64,000 bases of DNA from a virus (IMGVR_UViG_3300005076_000002:96001-160000), one strand, 5' to 3'; counted from the first letter of the stretch, positions 28,391 to 38,565 are shown. Notes: a model not told the origin generated them from the sequence alone. Made by a program: numbers and translations.

Positions 28391-29998
28391 ATGCCAATGT
28401 TCACAGAAGAGATCCATGACCACGATGGGACGGTAAGAGAACAGTCGATCATTTCAGCGATTAATAACATCCTGAAGATAATCGGCTTGAAAGATACTGA
28501 CTACAGCTTTAGCGAGCCGTACAGTAACTCGAGTCAGCCCGAAGGTACCGTCGGGGTAAAGACGCCCGTCAAAATGGGCGTTAGTCGTCGCGTTTTTATT
28601 GATGTAGATGATATACGCGATCCCGACAACTTGACAGATCGTGGCGTGGGTTATGATTTCCAACCTGCGTTCTTCCATCACCCAGTAACCAAGGTACAGC
28701 TGTGCCCAGCACATGCTAGACATGACCTTAACTTCTCAATGCGTTTTCGTCACGAGTCTCGCGCTGCGTGCCGTAAGTTCCTGAATGAAATACATCGCCG
28801 TGCGTCGCTCCAAGGCGACGTATACGAGATTTCGGTAGACTACCACTACCTTATCCCGCCGACGGCACTATCGTTGCTTAAAGCTACGCAGGAGGCCCAC
28901 AATGCTAAGCTTCCTGAAGCAGAACATATTAGCCTACTTGATTACTTCGTAGCTGGCTTTTCCCCAGCGGTTACGGTGCTAACAAATAACGTAGGTGGTG
29001 GTTCTCAGTACGCCGTACGTAATACCCTCAATCGTGTCATATGTCAGATGGAGGGTCCCGGAGACATTAACCAGGAGAAACAGGTCGAAACTGGACCGTG
29101 GGAAGCGACCATTCGTTTCAAGATCCAGGTTGATTGGCCAGAGGCTGTCTCGGTACATTACCCTGCGATGTATAACAATACATTGATTGGTGATTTCTGG
29201 TGGCAGGAAACTGAAGTACCTGGCGTATCGGATGATGTGGCACTGCGCAACGTCTACGTAACCGCACAGGATAAAATCTCCCAACGCCGCCCCACTCTCA
29301 ATTTGCCTATCTTCATGCCGCCAGTAGACGCGCCAGAAGTTAAGGCTGGTACGAGAGACCCAGGTGAGTTCTCGATGATCATTGGCTATTTGGAAATGGA
29401 TGGTGACCGGCCGTCGCCAGTTCATCTGTTTAGCTTAGCCAATCTCGGTGAGGTATCGTTTGCACCGAAGCATCTGGAATACTTGAAAGCCGCATACGCA
29501 GAGAACCAAGACGGTCGTGACTCAATCTACCGGGTCTATGTGTATGACAACTACAACCAGTTCGACCCACAGTACGTCGGCGTAACGCCAGATCTGGACG
29601 CATACCTTATCCGTGAGGTATTCCTGGAGAAGACGTATCGCTTTGCCATCTCGGTTCGCACTGACTGGAGATACCTGACCGACAAAGGTAAGGAGATCCT
29701 CGGTAAATTCCCAGATGTCATCAAGGACGTCATTGTCGAGTTCCGACCAGACCTCATCCCTAAATACCCAGAGCTATTTGTGCCGCGCATTGACTGGCCT
29801 GGGAGCGAAGGTTTCCCATGGCCGACGCAACCTGGTGACGGTGCCGGTGCCGGTGTTGACTGGGATGATTTGGAACCTGACGATATTGACCGCATCATTG
29901 ACGATTTGACCAGTCCGGGTGAAGGGGATGACGGTAAAAACTACTACCGTTCGATGTTCACCGTACTGAATGGTCGCATCATTGCGAGGAGGACGTAA
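28391..29998 (+). CDS. Virion structural protein (gp98-like)
   Basis: 535 aa, GGAGG RBS, synteny. Confidence 0.72.
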   Translation: MPMFTEEIHDHDGTVREQSIISAINNILKIIGLKDTDYSFSEPYSNSSQPEGTVGVKTPVKMGVSRRVFIDVDDIRDPDNLTDRGVGYDFQPAFFHHPVTKVQLCPAHARHDLNFSMRFRHESRAACRKFLNEIHRRASLQGDVYEISVDYHYLIPPTALSLLKATQEAHNAKLPEAEHISLLDYFVAGFSPAVTVLTNNVGGGSQYAVRNTLNRVICQMEGPGDINQEKQVETGPWEATIRFKIQVDWPEAVSVHYPAMYNNTLIGDFWWQETEVPGVSDDVALRNVYVTAQDKISQRRPTLNLPIFMPPVDAPEVKAGTRDPGEFSMIIGYLEMDGDRPSPVHLFSLANLGEVSFAPKHLEYLKAAYAENQDGRDSIYRVYVYDNYNQFDPQYVGVTPDLDAYLIREVFLEKTYRFAISVRTDWRYLTDKGKEILGKFPDVIKDVIVEFRPDLIPKYPELFVPRIDWPGSEGFPWPTQPGDGAGAGVDWDDLEPDDIDRIIDDLTSPGEGDDGKNYYRSMFTVLNGRIIARRT

Positions 29999-31350
29999 TG
30001 GCTATTGCCGGGCAATTGCCCAACAAACCCCCACAGGGCGATCGTATCTTACCGGTATCGAAGAACCCACAAACAGTCGACCCGATTATCGAGAATGCCC
30101 CGATTGCAGTATCGCGGCCTGACCGTAACGCGTTGGTAGACAGTAACTATGCCCCATCCCAGAACCTCGTCAGTCATATCGAGGGGGCTCCGTGGACGTG
30201 TAACTACTATCGACAAGTATTGGGTAAGGATAATACACCCAAGCCGTTGCAGCCGGGTGTGTCGGCAGTACACCAACAGTATGATGTTTACCGCGACTAT
30301 ATCCTCCGAGTTAATAGCGCAATTACATCAAACCAAGACAGTGATACCAAAGAGTTCACTGCGGTTGGTGAAGCGAGTATGTTCTACGGTCTTGTCCCGA
30401 ACGTTGGCGATATGTTCATCGCCGATGCCGGCGGCGGGGAAGTGGGAATGTTCACGCTGACCGAAGTAGAGCGAATGGGTTACATGAAGCAGGCATGTTA
30501 TCGTGTTAACTTCCAGCTCGTCTGCGTCGGCGACGACCCTCGCTTTGAAATCATCGATAGTCGCATCAATCGCCAGTTTGTATTTGATGTGGAACTTCTG
30601 GAGCTGATGGATAATCCATTCCTCTCCTTGGAAGACCACCTCAAGTTTGAAGGACTGGCCGAACAGTACGAGCGTATCTCCAAATACTTCAAGGCCAAAT
30701 TCTGGTCGGCACAAGTAAACACGTTGAAAGTGCCCGAGCAGGATGAACTGGTGTACGATGGGTTCCATTCTGAATTCTGTCGCTATATCGGGCTTGAGAA
30801 CCCCCTAGAAACGATCCGCGTCCATCAGTTAGGGGGTTTACCGTACGATGGGGTAATAACGCTCTGGAATGCGTTTAAGGAGCTTTCATCACATAATCTG
30901 ATGTTGGCGCATCGTGAGTTCAACCTCATCCTCACCAATTCGTTTGTAAATTATCCGGTATTGCGTGGTATCTACTATACTCAATTCCGTAAGGTGGTTT
31001 ACCCAAGCGGTGACTTTGGTAATGACGACCCCGGCATCCATCGCGAAGTCGGTGAAGTTATGACTCGCAAATCGGTACCTGGGCCGGCTATTTTTGCCAA
31101 TACGTTTAAACCCATCACGGTTGACAGCGCATACGTACTAAGCCAACCGTTCTATGATGAAAACACGGTACTGATGTGTGACTTCGAACGTCGTCTCTAT
31201 GACATGCTCGAACAGAAAGCCGTGGCGGTAGAATCGGTGTCCGACATCGCAGCTAAGTTCTTCAAGCTGCCTTTGTTGGAACAGTATTATTACGGCCCGC
31301 TCATTTTGGTACTTATCAACTACTGCAAGAGGAACCCGCAATGGATATAG
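29998..31350 (+). CDS. Virion neck/head-tail protein (gp99-like)
   Basis: IEGAPWTCNYYRQVLG, PNVGDMFIAD, YYYGPLIL. Confidence 0.72.
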   Translation: MAIAGQLPNKPPQGDRILPVSKNPQTVDPIIENAPIAVSRPDRNALVDSNYAPSQNLVSHIEGAPWTCNYYRQVLGKDNTPKPLQPGVSAVHQQYDVYRDYILRVNSAITSNQDSDTKEFTAVGEASMFYGLVPNVGDMFIADAGGGEVGMFTLTEVERMGYMKQACYRVNFQLVCVGDDPRFEIIDSRINRQFVFDVELLELMDNPFLSLEDHLKFEGLAEQYERISKYFKAKFWSAQVNTLKVPEQDELVYDGFHSEFCRYIGLENPLETIRVHQLGGLPYDGVITLWNAFKELSSHNLMLAHREFNLILTNSFVNYPVLRGIYYTQFRKVVYPSGDFGNDDPGIHREVGEVMTRKSVPGPAIFANTFKPITVDSAYVLSQPFYDENTVLMCDFERRLYDMLEQKAVAVESVSDIAAKFFKLPLLEQYYYGPLILVLINYCKRNPQWI

Positions 31351-31982
31351 CTCTTAGTGACCAGACTGCCGCCTTTCGGCTGTTCCACTATTACTATCTC
31401 TGTCGGATGCCTGCTGCTGAACGTATGGATGTGAACGACCATGAGTTCTATGGTATCACAACCACAATGAACCGTGCTTGGGATGCCGCTTTGGCATCCC
31501 ACATGGACTACCAGCAGCTCACCCCTGCCGAGATGGCCCACTACTGCGCCCAGGGCGTCAAGCTCGAAATTCACGATCCTCAGGATGCGGTAAAGATTTA
31601 TAAGGATATCAACCTCCATCTACAGAACTGGCAGACGCATCTGGCTAACATAATGCGTCCGCTTGAACCGCCATTGGAAGGCCTTAAAGAATTCAACCAA
31701 CTGGCTAAGTTGTTGATCATGATCGCCCGCGGTAATGGGCTGGTTAACAGTCTTGAACGTACCGACCGTAAACATGCTGAGCGGGGCTTCCGTGCATCGC
31801 ACCGTAGCAGGCGTGATCCAATCCTTAGTTCAATTACACATGGTGACATTACCTTTAACAACATCCTCGAGTTGGCCGGCCGCGCAGGCCATAGCATCCG
31901 CAAGTACCAACTCAACGGTGAGTTGCTTACTTCTGCTCGTGAGGCCGAAGGAGGTAGTCATCTATTCAAGGGCTCTATTTAA
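31341..31982 (+). CDS. Conserved hypothetical protein (gp100-like)
   Basis: DAVKIYKDINLHLQNW motif. Confidence 0.72.
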   Translation: MDIALSDQTAAFRLFHYYYLCRMPAAERMDVNDHEFYGITTTMNRAWDAALASHMDYQQLTPAEMAHYCAQGVKLEIHDPQDAVKIYKDINLHLQNWQTHLANIMRPLEPPLEGLKEFNQLAKLLIMIARGNGLVNSLERTDRKHAERGFRASHRSRRDPILSSITHGDITFNNILELAGRAGHSIRKYQLNGELLTSAREAEGGSHLFKGSI

Positions 31983-31994
31983 GGAAGTGTAACA

Positions 31995-33293
31995 ATGGAC
32001 CAAATCGATGTAATAATTAGATCCAACCTCCCGACGTTAAAAGGACTCCCGCAGTTCGAGTACGATATGACGTTGCGAATTGGCAAGATGCAGTTTAATG
32101 TAAGCCGTGTTATCGCCAAGACTACTCGCGAACATTATCTTGCAGCGTTATTTGAAGTGGTCCTTGTTACCGTCATCATGACGCCGTCACAGCTGGCCCA
32201 GTTGGTCCTTCCGGGTCATGCCAATATTCAAGCGACGTTAATCAAGCGTCGCTCGGATGGCAGTAATAAGGTCATTACGAAGTATCGCGCTATCATGACC
32301 GATAATGCTAACCCGATGCTCATGGGTAATAACGCAGACGCCTCACGAACGTCTGAGATGGACATGCAATCGGTCTCGGTAGTGACGTTCCAACTCATCC
32401 GCGCGGTTAATTACGACTTACGCCTGCGTCGCTTCGCAGGTATTGTCTTTAAGAATACAACCCCCATTAAGGTACTCCAGCATCTCCTTGCCGTTAATAT
32501 GCTCAAGGATGAATATGAGCAGACGGAAACCGTAGCCGCCATCTCCACCGAGGAAGGTTTCGTTGAGAAGAAATACCCGTCCATCGAAATCAAAGAAAGT
32601 CTGGAGCTTATGAAGCTGCCTGACATGCTGCAAAACAACTATGGTATTTATAACCAAGGGTTGGGCTGCTACTTCAAAAACAGAAAGTGGCATATCTTCG
32701 CACCTTTCGGTTTAGCCAAACACTCCGCAGCTGGAAACAAGATCGTCATTATAAACGCTCCTGCTAACCGCTGGAGAGGTTCTGAGATAAACTATAAGGT
32801 AGAGGGCCGTACGCTTACGATCCTCGCCACGGGCGAAACCACGCACGTTAAATCGGCAGACCGCGAAGCACTCAACGGAGGCACCGGTGTTCGTTATGCC
32901 GATATCAACTCGTTAGACTACACACCGGAGTCTGATGATCCCAGATCTTCACCCAAAGACTATATGTCGGAGTACGTATCCAGTAACTACGATTCTGGAT
33001 ACCATAACGCCCCGATGATTGATACTGGATTTACCGGTAATCCGGCGGTACATGCCAGTGCATTGGCCGCTCGTGGTGGGGATATCGTTGAAGTAGTATG
33101 GGAGCGTGGGGATATCGATCTACTGACTCCTGGAGCAGCAGTCCGCTTCATTACGCAAAATGGTCCAGGTATTCGTGATCTTCAAGGTACGCTGATTGGC
33201 GCTGAGGAGCACAGTAATGTGCCTGAGGGCGGGATGGTAGAATTACGACACGTAGCCATGGTTAAACTTACACTATTCATCAAGAAAGTGTAA
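31995..33293 (+). CDS. Baseplate hub-like structural protein (gp101-like)
   Basis: LQNNYGIYNQGLGCYF, WERGDIDLLTPG. Confidence 0.7.
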   Translation: MDQIDVIIRSNLPTLKGLPQFEYDMTLRIGKMQFNVSRVIAKTTREHYLAALFEVVLVTVIMTPSQLAQLVLPGHANIQATLIKRRSDGSNKVITKYRAIMTDNANPMLMGNNADASRTSEMDMQSVSVVTFQLIRAVNYDLRLRRFAGIVFKNTTPIKVLQHLLAVNMLKDEYEQTETVAAISTEEGFVEKKYPSIEIKESLELMKLPDMLQNNYGIYNQGLGCYFKNRKWHIFAPFGLAKHSAAGNKIVIINAPANRWRGSEINYKVEGRTLTILATGETTHVKSADREALNGGTGVRYADINSLDYTPESDDPRSSPKDYMSEYVSSNYDSGYHNAPMIDTGFTGNPAVHASALAARGGDIVEVVWERGDIDLLTPGAAVRFITQNGPGIRDLQGTLIGAEEHSNVPEGGMVELRHVAMVKLTLFIKKV

Positions 33294-33344
33294 AAAATAA
33301 CATGGCTGTGCATTATTTGAACAACCACAGAAGAGTACAGAAAA

Positions 33345-34130
33345 ATGATTGAACATGTACTGAATTGCAACATCTTCTCCGACCCGGTAGTGGCTGCCCG
33401 TGTATGGCCCCTCCTTGGTATTGATGCCAAGGCGTTCCATACGCTGCATGCTCTGCATCTCAATGCAGACAACGTAGTCGTGAAAGGAGCACTGAAAGGT
33501 GAAGACGGCAAACCCGGCCGTTCTGGAAAAGAAGTGATTCACTTCACTGACGCTGAAGCGCGTAACGTTTACGTACGCGGTATCCGCATCATTGAAGCTG
33601 CCCGTAACGCACTGTGCGAAGTAGAAACCCGCCAGTTCGTTGACACGGTGATCCTCCAGCTCCTGCAAAACAATCTGCTCATCGAGTATGAAGTAGTAGA
33701 TCTGCTGACTCGTGAAATGATTGCTTCGCAAGATGCCGAAGTAGTTGAGATCTCCGCTCTTTACCCGCTTCACATCCTGCGCCAAGAACATGCCGGTTTC
33801 CGTTGCCTGGATGAACTGATGGTACGCCACTTCTTCGAAGAAGGTGTCGGTACCGGTGAAGAGAAGTTCTATCTGCGCCACTTCCCGGTCGTGATCATCG
33901 GCAACATGATCTCTTTCAACCAGCATCTGCCGGTCCCTACGCTCGCCAGCGACAACGTGCGCTTTGAGCCGGATAACCAGCCTGTACGTACCGGTGCTAT
34001 CAAGTGGGTTGCCAATGGCAAGGCCCGCTGCATCAAGGGTCGTAACAATACCTGGATTGGCTTTGCAGCCGATGGTACCAAGTACACCCTCTCACTCCAC
34101 GGTGCTGTTGCGGACGAAACGTCTAAATAA
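33345..34130 (+). CDS. Hypothetical protein
   Basis: 261 aa, biased codons; no motif recognised. Confidence 0.75.
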   Translation: MIEHVLNCNIFSDPVVAARVWPLLGIDAKAFHTLHALHLNADNVVVKGALKGEDGKPGRSGKEVIHFTDAEARNVYVRGIRIIEAARNALCEVETRQFVDTVILQLLQNNLLIEYEVVDLLTREMIASQDAEVVEISALYPLHILRQEHAGFRCLDELMVRHFFEEGVGTGEEKFYLRHFPVVIIGNMISFNQHLPVPTLASDNVRFEPDNQPVRTGAIKWVANGKARCIKGRNNTWIGFAADGTKYTLSLHGAVADETSK

Positions 34131-34206
34131 AAACAGCGTTGTCTAGTATATGAACGAGAAGGTTCGCTTCTCGAAAACCAACCAAAAAAATCAAAAGGAC
34201 TATGTC

Positions 34207-34677
34207 ATGGGTTTCTTCGACCGTTTGAAAGGTAAAGCAAAAGACACTACCAAAGCTGCCGTTAAGCTGAACAACAAAGATCTGGTAGAGGCACTGACCG
34301 GCTCCCTGGCTCTGATCGTCATGGCCGACGGTACTGCCGACGAGAAAGAAGTTGCCAAGGTTAAAGGCCTGCTGCGCACCAACAAGAACGTTGCCGACTA
34401 CGTCAACGAAGTCGAGCGCATGTTCGACAAGTTCATCGAGCGTCTGCAAGCTGGCTTCCGCACCGGCCGCCAAGAAATCCTGCTGGAGATCTCCCAGGTC
34501 AAGGGCAACAAGTTCGACGCCGAATCCGTTCTGTTGAACGCTATCGAAGTGGCCGAAGCCTCCTGCGACGAGCCGACCGAAGAGAACCCGAACCCGGAGA
34601 AGATCTCCGACGACGAAGTGAAAGTGCTGGAAGCCATCGCCAAGGCACTGGACCTGCGTCTGGAAGACCACCTGTAA
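34207..34677 (+). CDS. terB: TerB-family (tellurite resistance/stress) protein
   Basis: MGFFDRLK, LIVMADGTADEKE, ISDDEVKVLEAIAKALDL; AAGGA RBS favours ATG 34207. Confidence 0.85.
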   Translation: MGFFDRLKGKAKDTTKAAVKLNNKDLVEALTGSLALIVMADGTADEKEVAKVKGLLRTNKNVADYVNEVERMFDKFIERLQAGFRTGRQEILLEISQVKGNKFDAESVLLNAIEVAEASCDEPTEENPNPEKISDDEVKVLEAIAKALDLRLEDHL

Positions 34678-34698
34678 TCCGGCCGGTAACGGTAAAAG

Positions 34699-34726
34699 AG
34701 CCGAGGGGCAATGCCCCTCGGTTTTT
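34699..34726 (+). terminator. Intrinsic terminator
   Basis: CCGAGGGGC-AAT-GCCCCTCGG TTTTT. Confidence 0.85.
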
Positions 34727-34740
34727 ATGTCATATCTTAT

Positions 34741-34832
34741 GTAGGAACTTTCCATGACCTACGGATTCGATTCGAGTCCAGTTGCCTGACATAGTACCGT
34801 TTCCGAGAGGGCGAAAGCCCTCTCCTTTTTTT
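34741..34832 (+). ncRNA. Candidate ~90-nt small RNA or micropeptide mRNA
   Basis: Late motif ATCTTATG at 34734, two hairpins, 11-codon ORF 34754-34789, own terminator 34805-34832. Confidence 0.4.
34805..34832 (+). terminator. Intrinsic terminator
   Basis: GAGAGGGC-GAAA-GCCCTCTC CTTTTTTT. Confidence 0.88.
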
Positions 34833-34850
34833 GTCTTTTATCTAAAATCT

Positions 34851-34875
34851 TTTCAGACATATATTACAATAGTGA
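34851..34875 (+). promoter_or_regulatory. Early promoter
   Basis: TTTCAGACATATATTACAATAGTGA. Confidence 0.8.
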
Positions 34876-34921
34876 CATTGGATATTAATCCTGCTATAAG
34901 CATCTCAATCTAGGAGCTATC

Positions 34922-35032
34922 ATGAAAGTTGTATCTAAGAAACGTGCACGTATTGAAATTATCTGCGGCTTGATGTCTATCCCGGCATCCTTCGGTCTGT
35001 TCTACTGGATGGCTGTACTGGCTACTAACTAA
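34922..35032 (+). CDS. 36-aa early membrane peptide (absent from the ORF track)
   Basis: TAGGAG RBS; MKVVSKKRARIEIICGLMSIPASFGLFYWMAVLATN; stop overlaps the RBS of the next gene. Confidence 0.7.
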   Translation: MKVVSKKRARIEIICGLMSIPASFGLFYWMAVLATN

Positions 35033-35042
35033 GGAGAGAATC

Positions 35043-35378
35043 ATGCTGCAAGTAACCGGTTTTGAAAGTCGCCCAATCGTAGGACGCGGCAACGTCGTAG
35101 TAATGCGCACTATGCTTGTAAGTGAGCGTTGCTTAACTATGATGGAAGGTAAGACCTGTGTAGGCGGGGTGGTGCTCGACAATGTGACTATCGACCGCCA
35201 GCCAGACCTGGGACTTATTGCACTGTTAAAGCGCATTGAGACATTCAAAGATGATCTCAATTCCTCTGACTCTGGCTTAGGCCACCTCTACATGATGGAG
35301 GTTAATAAGCTAGACCGTGCCGACGTAGGCGCGTTTGCTGTAGAGGCAGCCAAACTGTATTACAAATATAAGGGATAA
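35043..35378 (+). CDS. Early hypothetical protein
   Basis: AAGGAG RBS, 111 aa. Confidence 0.75.
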   Translation: MLQVTGFESRPIVGRGNVVVMRTMLVSERCLTMMEGKTCVGGVVLDNVTIDRQPDLGLIALLKRIETFKDDLNSSDSGLGHLYMMEVNKLDRADVGAFAVEAAKLYYKYKG

Positions 35379-35381
35379 AAG

Positions 35382-35948
35382 ATGTATTTAATTCAGGGAT
35401 ATTTCTGGAAAGTTATTGGTGCGTTTCGCACCAAGGTAAGCTTTGATGGGTTTGTAGAGAACAAGCCAGAAGAGGTCGATGGCCACGTCGTCATCGACGA
35501 CATCCCATTCCCAAAAGAGCAGATCACACTGCTCACCGAAGTACAGATCAGCGGTGTTAAGCCGCTGGATCTTTGCAAACTAATGGGTGTGGCTGTACGC
35601 ACGCCCGTGAAAGAGATAGTGAAGGGCACTCTCTTTGATGAAGAATTCAAGGAGATGCGTAAGCGCATTAATGCGGTTATCACTGCCGAGCGCGGTGCCA
35701 AGCGCATCATCGATCGCGACAGTATGATGCAGCGCGTGGATGAGATTATCGACTTTGGCCGTGCGGTCATTGCTAGCGATACCAAGTCCGGCAACTATTC
35801 GACCGCGCGCATTACAGCCGATGGCACGATGGCTAAACTGAACGCGGTCTTAGTTGAGGTATATGACGCCCCAACTAAATCACAAGCACTGCAAGGGTAC
35901 AAGTCGTACTCTGAAGCGATGATGGCCAAAGGCTATAGCTATAACTAA
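35382..35948 (+). CDS. Early hypothetical protein
   Basis: 188 aa, AAGGGA RBS. Confidence 0.75.
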   Translation: MYLIQGYFWKVIGAFRTKVSFDGFVENKPEEVDGHVVIDDIPFPKEQITLLTEVQISGVKPLDLCKLMGVAVRTPVKEIVKGTLFDEEFKEMRKRINAVITAERGAKRIIDRDSMMQRVDEIIDFGRAVIASDTKSGNYSTARITADGTMAKLNAVLVEVYDAPTKSQALQGYKSYSEAMMAKGYSYN

Positions 35949-35989
35949 TTCCGTGCTATAAGCACAATTGCATTCATTAGGAGCGTACC

Positions 35990-36376
35990 ATGAAAAACAA
36001 AACCTTTAAACAAATGATCGCCGATATCAGTTTGTCACCTGTAGTACGGTACAATCGCGCTGCTAGAGCGCGCGGAGCTAAACTGATCGATCGCCTCACT
36101 GCCGACTCAGTCCTGGTGTATAACGCTGGAAGTGGTGTCCCTTCTCTGGAGGGTTATCACAAACCGACCGCCTTCCCGGCCCCCGCATACCTCTACCATG
36201 GTAAGCAATTTAAGGTTAAAGTCTGGCGCCATGAAGGTGCCGAGAGTTGGCCTGTGGTGTTGGATGTTAAGGTCGACATACTCGACCCGACTTCCATGTG
36301 GAGCGAAGCATTGGTCAAGACCAATGAGAAGGAGTTCCGCATCATCCGGCACGGTACATTCTTCAGTCACCTCTGA
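35990..36376 (+). CDS. Early hypothetical protein
   Basis: TAGGAG RBS, 128 aa. Confidence 0.75.
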   Translation: MKNKTFKQMIADISLSPVVRYNRAARARGAKLIDRLTADSVLVYNAGSGVPSLEGYHKPTAFPAPAYLYHGKQFKVKVWRHEGAESWPVVLDVKVDILDPTSMWSEALVKTNEKEFRIIRHGTFFSHL

Positions 36377-36385
36377 GTGACAGCA

Positions 36386-36422
36386 TAAAAAGAAGAGGGC
36401 TTTCGCCCCCTTCTTTTTTTTT
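36386..36422. terminator. Bidirectional terminator
   Basis: AAAAAGAAGAGGGC-TTTC-GCCCCCTTC T9. Confidence 0.85.
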
Positions 36423-36425
36423 GTG

Positions 36426-37955
36426 TTAGAACGACAATCCGCCCAAGAAGTCATCAGTCTCATTAGCGATTTTATCGGCATTGACCGACGGGAGCATTGT
36501 ATCAATGTCCCCTTCCACGTCCCACGGCAGCGTACCAACGTCTGCAAACTTCAATACGCCGTAACGATGCTTGATAGGAGTGTCCACCAGAGTACGGTGC
36601 TTACCACGTTGAATTTCCAGATACGCAGTGTCACCTTTCTCGGTAATGCCGATATACAGTTCCAAGTCAGCTTCGTTATCGATGGTAGTACAGCCATCGA
36701 ACATGCCACGCCCAGGCAACAGTCTGACGTATTTGTCAGGATCCATAGCCTTCAACGCCTTTGCTGCCGGAGAAAGCTGGTGAGGAGAAATAACCACCAT
36801 CTTACGCACGGCGCCAGTGTTACGTGCACGACGATATGTCTCACGAACTTCACTACCTACCGTACCATTCCCCAGACCCACCTTATTGGCAACGCCCAGA
36901 TAGTCAATACGGGAAGCGACCACCTGATAGCCCTGACGCTCATAGAAGTTAACGACCATCTTAAAGGTTTCGATAGAGAAGTCAGTAGAGACGTGACGTT
37001 CGAATACATATTCCCAACCGTTGCGTTGCAGACGCTCGCGAATGAACTTCTCAGCTTCCTGAGGATCAACCTTATGCAGGTCAATCATCTCACCGGACTC
37101 ATACTCCTTGATCATCTTATAGGCCAAGGGGATATTCACCGACAGCTCGTTCTCAAGCGAGATGTCTAAGAACAGACCACGCTTACCTTCTTCAACGAAG
37201 TCCTTGGCATGGTTGAATAGACACATACTGAGGAAGAGAGAAAGCGAGAATGTTGTCTTAGCATTATGCGGCAGTGCAGGAATGATGATCAACTCACCCG
37301 GAGAGATACCGCCCTTGATACCGAGCATTCGGTTCATACCGATCCATCCGGTACGATAGGATGCGCCGGAAAGTTCTTTTTTTGTCTGTTCAAATACGCC
37401 AGCGAAACCACCTTCCCCTGCGGTGCTCACGGCACCCACAAAACTGGACGGACGATCGTTGGTAGGCGGTCGATCAAATACAGCCAGCTGCTCTCTGAGC
37501 TGCGCTACTGCATCCATTGTATTGGTAGAGCCATCATTGTTGCTCAAAGCAAACATGGCCATGTTAATTTGCCGACGGAGGTTAATCCTAGCGGTAAACA
37601 TTTCCAGCTGAGGTACTAGCGATGCAACAGTGGCACGTGCTTCATCAGCTGGGGTATCGACCTCCAATACGTCAGTGATGGATTTGAGAGTACCAGTGTC
37701 AAACGGACAGCTAATACGGAAACCGTTCAAGAATTGCTTCCTGTCCCACTTGGCAGAATTACCGATGATCTCATTGATGTAATGACGAAGATAAACCAGC
37801 GATGCACGGTCATCGCCCTCACCTACGAGATCGGGCAGTTTGATTGCATTAATGACACTTTTTATGAGAGGGTAGTGTGCCCCAACCTCATCTCCGCTGA
37901 GAGATTCGCAGTGGATGATATTGAGGCAGTTAACTAATGCGATTTTTTCTTCCAT
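36426..37955 (-). CDS. dnaB: DnaB-like replicative helicase (phiKZ gp118-like)
   Basis: Walker A ALPHNAKT, ISLEN, RIDYL, PHQLS, IDNEAD, QRGKHR. Confidence 0.88.
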   Translation of the reverse strand: MEEKIALVNCLNIIHCESLSGDEVGAHYPLIKSVINAIKLPDLVGEGDDRASLVYLRHYINEIIGNSAKWDRKQFLNGFRISCPFDTGTLKSITDVLEVDTPADEARATVASLVPQLEMFTARINLRRQINMAMFALSNNDGSTNTMDAVAQLREQLAVFDRPPTNDRPSSFVGAVSTAGEGGFAGVFEQTKKELSGASYRTGWIGMNRMLGIKGGISPGELIIIPALPHNAKTTFSLSLFLSMCLFNHAKDFVEEGKRGLFLDISLENELSVNIPLAYKMIKEYESGEMIDLHKVDPQEAEKFIRERLQRNGWEYVFERHVSTDFSIETFKMVVNFYERQGYQVVASRIDYLGVANKVGLGNGTVGSEVRETYRRARNTGAVRKMVVISPHQLSPAAKALKAMDPDKYVRLLPGRGMFDGCTTIDNEADLELYIGITEKGDTAYLEIQRGKHRTLVDTPIKHRYGVLKFADVGTLPWDVEGDIDTMLPSVNADKIANETDDFLGGLSF

Positions 37956-37977
37956 TGTAGAAACCCAAGGAAATGTT

Positions 37978-38565
37978 ATGGCAGATTTAATTTATGTGCC
38001 AGATTGGATGGATAGCTACTTGTCTGAGCAGGGGCTTTCCTATGATCATCTGGCGGCGATGAATTCTTCTAATCCTATAGTAAATCGACTGGATGTAATT
38101 AATTACCATGTTGCTCAAGTCGAATTTGCTAAATTGTTGGCATATGATACCGCCACTCGCGGTTTGCCCTCAAATGTTGACAATATCTATGAAGATATAC
38201 TCGGTGCGATGAAATTGCATCCGTCGAGGGATGTCGAAACTTCTGTCCAGGTTAACCTTGCGAAAGGTAAGCGTGATATCAACTTTGGCTGTCTTGTACA
38301 AGGCGCCACCGGCCCTAGCAATCTGTCGTTTAAATACGAGGCCAGCTCGACCGGCAAGATTGTTTATATTATAGGGATGTGCTGTGTCCAAGCATCTGGC
38401 GAGGACTGTACGGTTTCTGAGATTTCTCGATCGGTTATGAAAGGGGTTCTGGAGGCTGCTCATGGCAGTCTGCGAGTCTATTCAGGGCAGGTCGATAAGT
38501 CGACGGTACTTCGCGAGAATCCAGTTCTCGCCACATTCTATGTGAACAGTTTGTTAGCAAGCTAG
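37978..38565 (+). CDS. Conserved hypothetical protein (gp119-like)
   Basis: AAGGA RBS favours ATG 37978; lies just upstream of the capsid gene. Confidence 0.7.
   Translation: MADLIYVPDWMDSYLSEQGLSYDHLAAMNSSNPIVNRLDVINYHVAQVEFAKLLAYDTATRGLPSNVDNIYEDILGAMKLHPSRDVETSVQVNLAKGKRDINFGCLVQGATGPSNLSFKYEASSTGKIVYIIGMCCVQASGEDCTVSEISRSVMKGVLEAAHGSLRVYSGQVDKSTVLRENPVLATFYVNSLLAS

Noticed and set aside
34760-34795. tRNA or tmRNA gene (GGATTCGA/TTCGAGTCC)
   Set aside because: No complete cloverleaf, anticodon arm or CCA; kept only as a candidate small RNA.
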